Shown here: piece by piece, positions 9,241-17,847 of the stretch
Layout of the letters: every line of letters begins with the position of its first letter
How positions within the stretch are numbered: position 1 is the stretch's first letter
From: Patescibacteria group bacterium
GTDB taxonomy: Bacteria > Patescibacteriota > UBA1384 > 2-12-FULL-50-11
Reading direction: 5' to 3'
Assembly (NCBI GenBank): GCA_040900165.1
Contig: JBBDZM010000009.1
Span: 18,636 to 80,442, forward strand
DNA: 61,807 nt
The notes under the pieces: generated by a model
What the model saw: only the letters and a program-made list of their open reading frames with translations
Databases searched by the model: none
Told to the model about the DNA's origin: nothing
Program-made: the position numbers and the translations under genes

Positions 9241-9393
9241 ATATGGAGGAGAAAGTGTTTTTTATGACATTTGCAGGCAATTTTGCATGGCTCGACGTAG
9301 TCGAAAAATTGCCGAAAGTTAAGGCCCGAGACACGCTGGGTCGAGCGGCCGGTCATAAAAAAGATTTTCTCCTCCATAACCAAGGCGTAACAA

Positions 9394-10803
9394 ATGGCCA
9401 TCATCCTCCATCTTGACGTCAACTCTTACTACGCCACGATGGAACAACAGGCCTACCCGAGCTTGCGCGGTAAACCGATTGGGGTGGCGGGCAAGGGTAG
9501 GGGAGAGCGCACCGTTATGGTCGGTGCTTCGATTGAAGCCAAAAAGCTCGGTGTCCGGGGCATTATGCCCACCTGGGAGGCCAAAAAACTCTGCCCGCAG
9601 ATTATTATCGTCCCGGCCAACTACGACCGCTATATTTTTACTAGCAAGCGAATTTTTGCCCTGCTCGAGCGTTTCAGCCCAAAGGTAGAGATTTTTTCGA
9701 TTGATGAAGCCTTTCTGGAGTTACCAACTCCAGAAAGCTCGAAACTCGAAGCACGAAATACGAAACAAGTTTTAAATTTCATAAATTCTAATTTTGAGAT
9801 TGTTTCGGATTTAGGATTTAGAATTTCGGATTTCTGCCAACCAAAAAACTTACCCTACCTTTACGCCATAAAGACGGCTATTCAAATAAAACAGCTCATC
9901 AAAAGTCATATTGGCAGCTGGGTAAGCGTTTCTGTTGGTATTTCCTACGGCCGGACTTTGGCCAAACTGGCTAGCGAGCTGGAAAAACCAGACGGGCTAG
10001 TAGTGATTCGCCCAGAAAACTTCGCCAAAATCGCCGCCCAAACACCAATTGAAGAGCTCTGCGGCATTGGCTGGGCTCTGCAGCCACGGTTGAACCAGAT
10101 GGGAATAAAAACCATTGCCGAACTAGGGGCAATGCCGCTAGAAATGCTCGTAACGGCTTTTGGGCCGCATACCGGCAGTTGGTTGCACCGGATCGGTAAC
10201 GGCATTGACGACGGACAACTGCGCTCGTTCCGAGAACTACCGCAAGAAAAATCCGTTGGCCATTCCTACACTTTGCCGCGCGACATCACCAACCCGGAGG
10301 ATGCTAAAAGGTCAATGTTGCTACTGGCCGAGCGGGTGGCGGTGCGACTGCGCCGCAAGGGATTACTGGCCAGGGGCGTTAATGTTTATATCCGTTTCGG
10401 GGATAAAACCGGCTTCGGGCAACATCTACTGACTAAAACTTATACCGCCGACGGCTACCAACTCTACCAATGGGCACAGAAATTACTGGAAGCTGTACCA
10501 CAAGGCAAACCAATCCGTTTAATTGCTATCAGCGCCTACGAGCTGGTTAAACACGTTGAGCATTCCCGCTCACTGTTTCTGGACGACCATCACCACGAAA
10601 AGCTGTTGGGGGCGCTCGACAAAATCAACAACCGCTACGGCGAATTTGCTGTCCACCGAGCCGCGTTGTCACGAGTGAAACAGCGGATTTTCAAACTGCC
10701 CGATGGTCGTAATAAAGGGCTGTACACGCCAGAGCTGGAGAGCGACCAGACCACTTTACGCCGTCGCTCCATTTCCACCAGCCCCTTTTTAAAACGGCTT
10801 TAA
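9394..10803 (+). CDS. dinB: DNA polymerase IV (Y-family) carrying an in-frame insertion of about 38 aa
   Basis: LHLDVNSYYATME, SIDEAFLEL, SVGISYGRTLAKLASELEKPDG and SVGHSYT motifs. Extra segment at residues 116-153. Confidence 0.9.
   Translation: MAIILHLDVNSYYATMEQQAYPSLRGKPIGVAGKGRGERTVMVGASIEAKKLGVRGIMPTWEAKKLCPQIIIVPANYDRYIFTSKRIFALLERFSPKVEIFSIDEAFLELPTPESSKLEARNTKQVLNFINSNFEIVSDLGFRISDFCQPKNLPYLYAIKTAIQIKQLIKSHIGSWVSVSVGISYGRTLAKLASELEKPDGLVVIRPENFAKIAAQTPIEELCGIGWALQPRLNQMGIKTIAELGAMPLEMLVTAFGPHTGSWLHRIGNGIDDGQLRSFRELPQEKSVGHSYTLPRDITNPEDAKRSMLLLAERVAVRLRRKGLLARGVNVYIRFGDKTGFGQHLLTKTYTADGYQLYQWAQKLLEAVPQGKPIRLIAISAYELVKHVEHSRSLFLDDHHHEKLLGALDKINNRYGEFAVHRAALSRVKQRIFKLPDGRNKGLYTPELESDQTTLRRRSISTSPFLKRL
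9739..9852 (+). repeat. Heptamer-periodic hairpin element inserted in frame within dinB
   Basis: CGAAACT, CGAAGCA, CGAAATA and CGAAACA units face GATTTAG, GATTTAG, AATTTCG and GATTTCT units. Inner arms cgaaacaa/ttgtttcg pair. Translates as SKLEARNTKQVLNFINSNFEIVSDLGFRISDF. Confidence 0.7.
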
Positions 10804-10850
10804 TAGAGTATTATTCGCTCAAACCGTCTCTGACGGCGCACGAGGAAACT

Positions 10851-11258
10851 ATGAAATTAATCGGATTTCTTGTTCTGGTAGTGGGGTTCGGCTTGGGTTT
10901 AGTAAAGATATACTTTGGTCTTACGGATAATAACGCCGTACAGGCCGTCCAAGGGCTGCTAACGATGCTCGGAACGCTCTGTCTATGGTGTGGAGTTGTT
11001 ATACTCTTCTTAAACTCCTCAAAAAACGAACCAAGAACTGGCGAAAGAGTTCAGGTCGTTGAGGTTATTGTTGGAGGCCTGCTCTCTCCGCACAAGGCGA
11101 TGATGGTAGCCGATAGCAAACGGCAATATGAGGACATGTTCAGAGTCTACTACGCCCCACTCAAAGACCTGCCAAACGGCAACCAAACCCTTAAGGGACA
11201 ACGACTGCTCTACTCGATGGACAACAAGTGGTACGAAGATCCCAGCCCCGCGGAGTAA
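10851..11258 (+). CDS. Hypothetical membrane protein (two N-terminal TM helices plus a soluble C-domain)
   Basis: Hydrophobic N-terminal 55 aa. A terminator hairpin ccccgcg..cgcgggg follows the stop. Confidence 0.6.
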   Translation: MKLIGFLVLVVGFGLGLVKIYFGLTDNNAVQAVQGLLTMLGTLCLWCGVVILFLNSSKNEPRTGERVQVVEVIVGGLLSPHKAMMVADSKRQYEDMFRVYYAPLKDLPNGNQTLKGQRLLYSMDNKWYEDPSPAE

Positions 11259-11345
11259 TTTCGCGGGGTTTTCTCTGGATTTTTTTACACGATAAACGTA
11301 TACTATTTAGGCATTCGCACCTGTCAGCCAGACAAGGAAGTTGCT

Positions 11346-11840
11346 ATGGAAAAACTACTCGAAAATGAAATCGCTCTCCGCCTGCTCTCGCTCCGAGTCC
11401 AAACAATCGCCGACGCTCTCTTAGTTACCACTGACCGGCACTTCGTGCTGGGAAGGATGGCCGATCGGGACGACGTTGTGAACCGCCTTAAAGGTGAGTA
11501 CCACGTTCCTGGCACCGGCGTCAGCGATGCTTCGGAAAAGGACATTCCGTCGGCGTTGCGGCTCTATCTGGCTTCGGCCTTGTGGTTGCAACCCGAGCTA
11601 CTCGACGTGATTGGTGTCAGCTATCGAGAACCGGACGACCGCTTCGTCCGGCACATCCACTACTGGGGTCGGATCAATCTGACGGCCAATGAAGCCGAAA
11701 AGGAAGCTAGACCCGGACTCGATCTCTCGCATGTGGTTATCGTCACCGGCTGTAAAGCGGTCGAGCTAATTGCCAGCTCGAAGGTGGCTTTCGAGCGGAC
11801 GCCAAAAGTGTTCCAGACCATGTTTAATAGCCGTGACTGA
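11346..11840 (+). CDS. Hypothetical protein
   Basis: 164-aa ORF between two terminator hairpins. No motif recognised. Confidence 0.55.
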   Translation: MEKLLENEIALRLLSLRVQTIADALLVTTDRHFVLGRMADRDDVVNRLKGEYHVPGTGVSDASEKDIPSALRLYLASALWLQPELLDVIGVSYREPDDRFVRHIHYWGRINLTANEAEKEARPGLDLSHVVIVTGCKAVELIASSKVAFERTPKVFQTMFNSRD

Positions 11841-11892
11841 ACGGCCCACCAGCCCCGCAATCCGCGGGGCTATTTCTTTATGCAACCCGCTC

Positions 11893-11921
11893 TTGACACG
11901 TTCGGTATTTGTTCGTAATCT
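11893..11921 (+). promoter_or_regulatory. lexA promoter with an embedded GTTC-N7-GTTC operator
   Basis: TTGACA 11893-11898, GTTCggtatttGTTC 11900-11914, TAATCT 11916-11921 (17-nt spacer), ATG 6 nt downstream. Confidence 0.65.
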
Positions 11922-11927
11922 GGGGAT

Positions 11928-12524
11928 ATGTTAACGCCAAAGCAGAAACAAATTTTAGAATTTATCGAGAGCTTTATTAAAGAAAACGACTACGCCCCTA
12001 GCTACCGCGAGATCGCCGAGAACTTTGGCTTCAGCTCGGTGGCAACAGTGGCCGAGCATGTTGATAATTTGAAAACTAAAGGATATTTAACCAACGACGA
12101 CGGCTACCGCTCGTTAAGGGTTGTCGGTGTCCAAGTGGAGGGTGACTCTATCTTTGCTGGCAGTGTGCCGATGTTGGGCGCCATTAGAGCCGGTAAACCT
12201 ATTGAGGCCGTTCGGACTAGCGAAACCCTGGAGATACCGCGCGATATGATGTCCAACAATGTTTTTGCGCTCAAGGTAAAAGGGGACTCTATGCAAGATG
12301 ACGGTATTTTGGACGGCGATTACGTGGTAGTCGAGCCCTGCCAGAATCCCAAAAACGGCGATATCGTGGTGGCGCTAATTAACAAAGACGAAGTTACCCT
12401 CAAGCGTTTTTATCGAGAAAAAGACCATATCCGCCTCCAGCCAGCCAACGCCAAATATAAACCAATCCGGGTAAAGAAAATTACTATTCAAGGTAAAGTT
12501 CGGGGAGTAATTCGAAAGTTTTAG
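11928..12524 (+). CDS. lexA: LexA repressor
   Basis: Winged-helix N-domain (SYREIAENFGFSSVATVAEHV), AG-type cleavage region (GAIRAGKP) and S24 peptidase motifs (KVKGDSM, VTLKRF). Confidence 0.95.
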   Translation: MLTPKQKQILEFIESFIKENDYAPSYREIAENFGFSSVATVAEHVDNLKTKGYLTNDDGYRSLRVVGVQVEGDSIFAGSVPMLGAIRAGKPIEAVRTSETLEIPRDMMSNNVFALKVKGDSMQDDGILDGDYVVVEPCQNPKNGDIVVALINKDEVTLKRFYREKDHIRLQPANAKYKPIRVKKITIQGKVRGVIRKF

Positions 12525-12638
12525 GCTTGTAAAAGTTAAGCGACCCCCGCTGCGATGCCGTGATGGCTGCGTTGTGGGTCGTTTCGAGTGCCTTTGTTGT
12601 CCGGGTCAGGCCTAAACCTGTATACGGGCGCAAGGCTA

Positions 12639-12668
12639 GGCGGTATTTTGCCGCCATGGTTTTTGTTT
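12639..12668 (+). terminator. Probable lexA terminator
   Basis: ggcgg-tattttg-ccgcc hairpin, then atggtttttgttt. Confidence 0.45.
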
Positions 12669-12737
12669 CGAACATGATGTCCGTCTGACGAGAATCGTCT
12701 CTAGACAATCATCAAAATAATTATACAAACTATCAAT

Positions 12738-12920
12738 GAAAAGCGAAAGGCTCCGAACGAGTCGGAGCCATGATCAATGGATAGGTACGGGTGGCCTCTG
12801 CGGGCATTTCGGGATGTTTGGCCTTCTCCAGCTGGTTACGCTTTGGCAGCCTGTCTCGCGGCCGCTAGGTTAGCGCTCCAGTTGCTGGGCAGAGCCACCC
12901 GTCGTGTTCTCGTATGGACG
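12738..12920 (-). ncRNA. Orphan small RNA transcription unit of unknown class
   Basis: Minus-strand TTGACA (12953-12948), 16-nt spacer, TATACT (12931-12926). A 12-bp closing helix gggtggctctgc/gcagaggccaccc encloses about 90 nt. Terminator ggctccg-actcgtt-cggagcc plus tttcgcttttc (12769-12738). No ORF of 60 aa or more on either strand. Confidence 0.5.
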
Positions 12921-12998
12921 TGATAAGTATAGCCAAACCAGATGTGATGTCAATATACAGCTAGTAAAAAAATTGCCAACGGCCATAAGTATTGATAT

Positions 12999-13256
12999 AT
13001 GTCATTTATGGCTAAAACCACTCGTCGCAAACTATTCTTGTTTGGTAAATATTCATTAGCGCTCCTACCACCGAAAAAATGGCTAAGCAAAATTGGGGTA
13101 AAAGTCGGTGATGAGGTGGAGATAGAGCTCGATAGTACTAAACGACGGTTGATTGTTCGCTTTGACCCCAAATTACTTCCCGAGGGCAAAAAAACTAAAA
13201 AATCCGTCTCGCCAAAAACCAACCCAGACGACTGGGAGCCAATTGCCGAACTCTAG
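12999..13256 (+). CDS. AbrB/MazE/SpoVT-type DNA-binding protein (putative)
   Basis: KYSLALLPPKKWLSKIGVKVGDEVEIELD resembles the SpoVT-AbrB swapped-hairpin motif. Small basic protein. Confidence 0.5.
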   Translation: MSFMAKTTRRKLFLFGKYSLALLPPKKWLSKIGVKVGDEVEIELDSTKRRLIVRFDPKLLPEGKKTKKSVSPKTNPDDWEPIAEL

Positions 13257-13293
13257 CATTGAGAACTGGCAGTTAAGTCGTTAATCTAGACCT

Positions 13294-13788
13294 ATGGCAC
13301 GCGACTTTGATTTTAAATCTCGGACAGTCAAACGACCACCGGAACTCCAACGCCGCCAGAGCGTTGCTCGAAAACCCAAGGTTCGCCAGGCCAAGTGGTG
13401 GCTGGTGTTGGCAGTAATTGGCTTATCTTTGGTTGGATACGCCGTTTACCGACAGTACAGCTCACCAACAATCACAACCAACACTGACAACAGCTCCCAG
13501 CCAGATAGTACTACCGCCCAGACCAGCCAACGAATACAAGTATACAACGGCGGAGCTGGGGAGGATGTAGCCAAGCAATTGGTCGCCAAATTAATTGCGG
13601 CGGGGTATCTTGCCAGCTACGTTGGGCCGACATTAGACAGCTACCAAGGCGCCGAAATTTGGTACAGCCCGGGTAATGGCGAGCTATCCAAACAAATCAT
13701 CAAGGAAATCACCGCTTCCAAGATTGTTACCCACGAATCGCAGATAGCCACCGGTTACGCTATCCAGATATTTCTCGGTGGTAATTAG
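13294..13788 (+). CDS. LytR_C domain-containing membrane protein
   Basis: Single TM helix, then IQVYNGGAGEDVAKQLVAKLIAAGY, typical of the LytR cell-envelope-related C-terminal domain. Confidence 0.65.
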   Translation: MARDFDFKSRTVKRPPELQRRQSVARKPKVRQAKWWLVLAVIGLSLVGYAVYRQYSSPTITTNTDNSSQPDSTTAQTSQRIQVYNGGAGEDVAKQLVAKLIAAGYLASYVGPTLDSYQGAEIWYSPGNGELSKQIIKEITASKIVTHESQIATGYAIQIFLGGN

Positions 13789-13819
13789 TAGAAACGCAAT
13801 TATTTGCTAAAGTAAAGAT

Positions 13820-14326
13820 ATGTTAGGTAATCCATCGCAACGAGTTGGGGTCTTTGTTGACGTACAGAATCTGTACTACAGCGCCCGGGCAATGCACGAC
13901 TCCAACGTTAATTTTGGCAAACTCTTACAGACCGCCGTTGGTGACCGTCAGCTAATTAGAGCGATTGCTTACGTTATTAAATCCGAGGCACCAAAGGAGC
14001 AGGGGTTCTTCGACGCTTTAGCTAAGGCCGGGTTGGAGGTAAAAAGCAAAGATATTCAAATTTTTGGCGACGGCCAGAAAAAGGGGGACTGGGACGTTGG
14101 AATCGCTGTTGATGCCATTAAGATCGCCGACCGGCTGGACGTGGTAGTGCTAGCAACCGGTGACGGCGATTTTGTACCACTGGTGACTTATCTACGTGAA
14201 AATCGAGGCTGTCTAGTTGAAGGAATCTCTTTTGAACGCAGTACCAGCGCCAAATTAATCGAAGTCCTTGATAACTTTACCGATATCGCCGCCAACCCTA
14301 AACAGTATTTATTTAGGAGTCGGTGA
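13820..14326 (+). CDS. NYN/LabA-like (PIN-fold) domain protein
   Basis: VGVFVDVQNLYYSAR and ATGDGDFVPLV acidic motifs. Confidence 0.8.
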   Translation: MLGNPSQRVGVFVDVQNLYYSARAMHDSNVNFGKLLQTAVGDRQLIRAIAYVIKSEAPKEQGFFDALAKAGLEVKSKDIQIFGDGQKKGDWDVGIAVDAIKIADRLDVVVLATGDGDFVPLVTYLRENRGCLVEGISFERSTSAKLIEVLDNFTDIAANPKQYLFRSR

Positions 14327-15060
14327 TGCTTAAGGTTAAAAACCTTAATGTGCTCCACCCGGCCGGCCAAGAACTAGTTGATATTTCCTTTGCTGTTGAA
14401 AAAGGCACAGTAACCGCTGTTATCGGCAGGACCGATAGCGGCAAGTCGGTCTTGGGGAGGGTGATAGCCGATCAATATATTGAGCACGACGGCGAGATAA
14501 TCATCAACCACCTTAGTCGCCGCCATGAATCGGCCAAGATCGCCTACCAACTTGGCTATGCACCAGCCGAACCACTGCTGGAGAATTATCTAACCGGGTA
14601 CGAGCAGATTGATTTTATTGCCAGTTTTTTTGAGATCAGCCCGGCCGAACGCTCAAAAAAAATCATTGAATTAGCCAAAACCTATAATGCCACCAACGCC
14701 CTGTACCGGTTAATCGAGCAGCTCTCTGGCGCCGACCGAAAGAAAATTTCCTTAATTAGCTCGCTCGTCCACGCTCCCAGCGTGGTTGTTTGGGACGAGC
14801 CGACTAGCCATCTTGACCCGTTCGACCAACAAATAGTTTATCGCCAGCTGGCCAAGATGAAAGACGATAAAATGGCCGTATTATTAATAACCAACGACTT
14901 AACTCTAGTGAGCACTAGCGCCGATCAGATTATTATTCTTGAGAACGGACAGATAAAAATGTCCGGCAATGTTAGCCAGCTAAAGAACCAAACTAGCAGT
15001 AAAACCAACTCTTTGGCCGAGATCCTAGCCAGGAGTGAGCCGGGCGATGTCAGAGCTTAA
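14326..15060 (+). CDS. ABC transporter ATP-binding protein
   Basis: Walker A GRTDSGKS, signature LSGADRKK, Walker B VVVWDEPTSHLD. ATG overlaps the NYN stop (TGATG) and follows aggag. Confidence 0.85.
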   Translation: MLKVKNLNVLHPAGQELVDISFAVEKGTVTAVIGRTDSGKSVLGRVIADQYIEHDGEIIINHLSRRHESAKIAYQLGYAPAEPLLENYLTGYEQIDFIASFFEISPAERSKKIIELAKTYNATNALYRLIEQLSGADRKKISLISSLVHAPSVVVWDEPTSHLDPFDQQIVYRQLAKMKDDKMAVLLITNDLTLVSTSADQIIILENGQIKMSGNVSQLKNQTSSKTNSLAEILARSEPGDVRA

Positions 15061-16420
15061 GCTAGCTTACTTAGAGCTAACCCAACTCTCTAGAAAATCT
15101 GGACGAACTAGCGCCAATACTACCAGTACCGTTTTCGTCGTTAGTGCCGTCGTCGCCTTAACAATTCTCACGCTCTGGCTATCGCCAATAACCTACACTC
15201 GCGAAATTTCCCAAATAATTCTCTACAGCCTGGCTATCATCCAAATTGTTTTTGGATTAAGGGTGGGGTTTTTGAAAATTGGCAGCCGCAACAACGAATA
15301 CTTCCTGCCGCTAGCAACCCGATACTGGCAGCGGGCCCTGCCGTACTTAATAATCGCCTTGCTACTACCAGCTCCAATAGTAATTGCCACAACCACCCAT
15401 CTAGCTAATGGAAGCTACCAATGGTCGACAGTATTTATCTCCCAAACAACTAACTACTTGATGTTTTTTCTAATTGGATTAACCGGTGCGATGGTTATAC
15501 GATCGTTAGTAAAACGATCGATTGTCAGGATAATTATTGTGGCGATAGCCTTAATTGGAACCATTTTAACCCTTAGCTCCGGCAGTTTTGTTTTTCGGTC
15601 GGTTTTTGTCAATGAGATTACTACTTATTCACAGCTTTTCGTTATCGCCGGCCAACTTTCAGTTATTGCCATACTAATAATGATCACCGATTTGTTGGCC
15701 GAGCGGCTACCGTTAACCGTCGCCAAGGTTGGGCGCTATTGGCCACTTTTTTTGGGGCAGCGAGCGCTTGGGTTCGGACAGGGAAGTGGGCAGTTCTTTA
15801 AAACCAACCGAATTTTCTTGCGCGATACCCAGCTCCACCGCCGATTGTCTGCGATAGTGATTGGGCTGGTGATATTTATTTCGCTCCTCCACGTCACCTT
15901 GCTGGTTAACGGTACGGCGGTTTCAGAAACGTTAGTCTTGATAACCCTAACAATTTTCAGCGCCATTTCGGCTTTGGTCATATCCAAACTGGCCGAGGAA
16001 ATTTACTATCAAGGCACCGTCCACAACCTCCATCTGCCTATCGATCTAGTACGGAGCCGGGTCGGAAACTGGCTGATTAGCTGGTTCTGGCAAGTTGGCA
16101 TTACCGTAGTGCTCTGGGGAATTATTGGCAGCTGGTATACGACTACTCAACAGTTAATATGGCCACTACTGGTTGCCGCCACTACCCAACACCTATTGGT
16201 TTACGGCTGGTCGGGGAAATTAATCCACGCCCGCCATCAGACACTGGCAAACTTAGCAGTATTCGGGTTGACGATATTGGTCGGGGTGATGCCAGTGGCA
16301 TTACTCCAAGTAACGCCGATTAGCCAAACTATATTTATCCAATTGATCTGGCTGTTGTTTGTCGGTATTCTTTTACAGCTTACTTCGAATAAAAAGGTTG
16401 GTGATAACTCTTATGCTTAA
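15047..16420 (+). CDS. Polytopic membrane protein, putative permease partner of the ABC ATPase
   Basis: About 10 or more hydrophobic segments. Overlaps the ATPase stop. No family motif recognised. Confidence 0.6.
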   Translation: MSELKLAYLELTQLSRKSGRTSANTTSTVFVVSAVVALTILTLWLSPITYTREISQIILYSLAIIQIVFGLRVGFLKIGSRNNEYFLPLATRYWQRALPYLIIALLLPAPIVIATTTHLANGSYQWSTVFISQTTNYLMFFLIGLTGAMVIRSLVKRSIVRIIIVAIALIGTILTLSSGSFVFRSVFVNEITTYSQLFVIAGQLSVIAILIMITDLLAERLPLTVAKVGRYWPLFLGQRALGFGQGSGQFFKTNRIFLRDTQLHRRLSAIVIGLVIFISLLHVTLLVNGTAVSETLVLITLTIFSAISALVISKLAEEIYYQGTVHNLHLPIDLVRSRVGNWLISWFWQVGITVVLWGIIGSWYTTTQQLIWPLLVAATTQHLLVYGWSGKLIHARHQTLANLAVFGLTILVGVMPVALLQVTPISQTIFIQLIWLLFVGILLQLTSNKKVGDNSYA

Positions 16421-16480
16421 GGTAATTATTTGGATAACGATTCTATTTCTGATGGGCGGGACTTTTCTGTTTTTTCTCCA

Positions 16481-17842
16481 ATGATTCCCACACTGCCGGT
16501 CCACCTGGAGCGCCTGGCGGGCGTTTTTGAGCAATCGGGGAAAGATTTCTACATTGTGGGCGGAGCGCTACGAGATCAGCTGCTTGGCCGAACCCATCAC
16601 GAGTGGGACGTTGCTACCAATGCCAAGCCCGATGAAATAATTAAGTTACTACAAAAGGGCGGCTGTCAAAAAATTAATTTAGTCGGTAAACGGTTCGGAA
16701 CAATTGCTGGCGAATTTCATAACGAACCAATTGAAATAACCACCTACCGAACCGAACAATACCAAGAAGATAGCCGCAAACCGGCTGTTTTATTTGGCGA
16801 TAACTTATCTGACGACTTGTCGCGTCGCGATTTCACCATCAACGCCCTGGCCTATAGCCCAACCGAAAAGAAATTAATCGACAGCCACGACGGCCAGCAA
16901 GATTTACAGCTCAAGCAAATCCGTTCAGTCGGCAACGCGGTTGAGCGCTTCCACGAAGACCCCCTGAGAATGCTTCGGGCAATTCGTTTGGCCACTCAGC
17001 TAGGCTTTTCGATCGAGAGAAAAACATTTTTAGCCATCATCGGCGAGAAAGATCGCTTTGGCGTGCTCTCGGCCGAGCGTGTCCGCCAAGAGATTGATAA
17101 AATATTACTCTCGCCAACCCCCAGCCAGGGGATAGAGCTACTCAAAGAAAGCGGTTTGATTGCCTATATCTTACCGGAGCTCTTACCCTCTATTGATATC
17201 GAATTTGACCCGCGCGAGCACAAAGATATTTATCACCATATTATCCAAGTGCTTGACAACACTCCGCCCCAATTAGCCCTGCGTTGGTGCGCCCTGCTCC
17301 ACGATATCGCCAAACCGATCACCCGCAAAAAAATTGGTGGCGAGTATCATTTCCTCGGTCACGAGATTGTTGGGGCAAGAATGGCTAAAGATGTCTTGGG
17401 GCGACTAAAATACTCTACCGACTTCACTAAGTACGTTACTAAGCTAGTCAGGTTACATCAACGAATCCCTAACGACGATGGCCAATGGACAGATGGGGCG
17501 GTCCGCCGGTTTGTCAGGGACGCTGGCGAATGTTTAGAGGATTTATTTACGTTTGCGGAGGCCGACTCAACCGGCAAAAACGAGCGAAAACTTGAGCAGT
17601 ACCGCCAAAAGCGCCAAGAGCTAAAATCTCGAATTGCCGAGCTAGAAAAACTAGCTGAAATCGCCAAGATAAAAAGTCCGCTCTCCGGCGAGGAACTAAT
17701 GGAGCTGTTCCACCGGCCAGCTGGCCCGTGGATTAAACCGGTCAAAGAAGAGCTATTACGCCAGGTCATTGAAGGCGACTTAAAGCAGGACGACAAAAAA
17801 AAGGCCGCCGAGATTGCCCGGCGGCTAGTGAAAAAGGTCTGA
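16481..17842 (+). CDS. cca: CCA-adding tRNA nucleotidyltransferase with HD domain
   Basis: IVGGALRDQLLGR, DFTINALA and an HD region (HHIIQVLD, LLHDIAKP). The start could instead be the TTG at 16430. Confidence 0.85.
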   Translation: MIPTLPVHLERLAGVFEQSGKDFYIVGGALRDQLLGRTHHEWDVATNAKPDEIIKLLQKGGCQKINLVGKRFGTIAGEFHNEPIEITTYRTEQYQEDSRKPAVLFGDNLSDDLSRRDFTINALAYSPTEKKLIDSHDGQQDLQLKQIRSVGNAVERFHEDPLRMLRAIRLATQLGFSIERKTFLAIIGEKDRFGVLSAERVRQEIDKILLSPTPSQGIELLKESGLIAYILPELLPSIDIEFDPREHKDIYHHIIQVLDNTPPQLALRWCALLHDIAKPITRKKIGGEYHFLGHEIVGARMAKDVLGRLKYSTDFTKYVTKLVRLHQRIPNDDGQWTDGAVRRFVRDAGECLEDLFTFAEADSTGKNERKLEQYRQKRQELKSRIAELEKLAEIAKIKSPLSGEELMELFHRPAGPWIKPVKEELLRQVIEGDLKQDDKKKAAEIARRLVKKV

Positions 17843-17847
17843 CTGGT

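Noticed and set aside
12530-12950. tmRNA, RNase P RNA, 6S RNA or SRP RNA in the lexA downstream gap
   Set aside because: I looked for the tmRNA GGGG...UUCGA T-arm and CCA end, the RNase P GAGGAAAGUCC and ACAGAA..GGCUUA cores, the SRP GGAAGCAGC motif and 6S end-pairing. None is present, so the unit is reported only as an unclassified ncRNA candidate.
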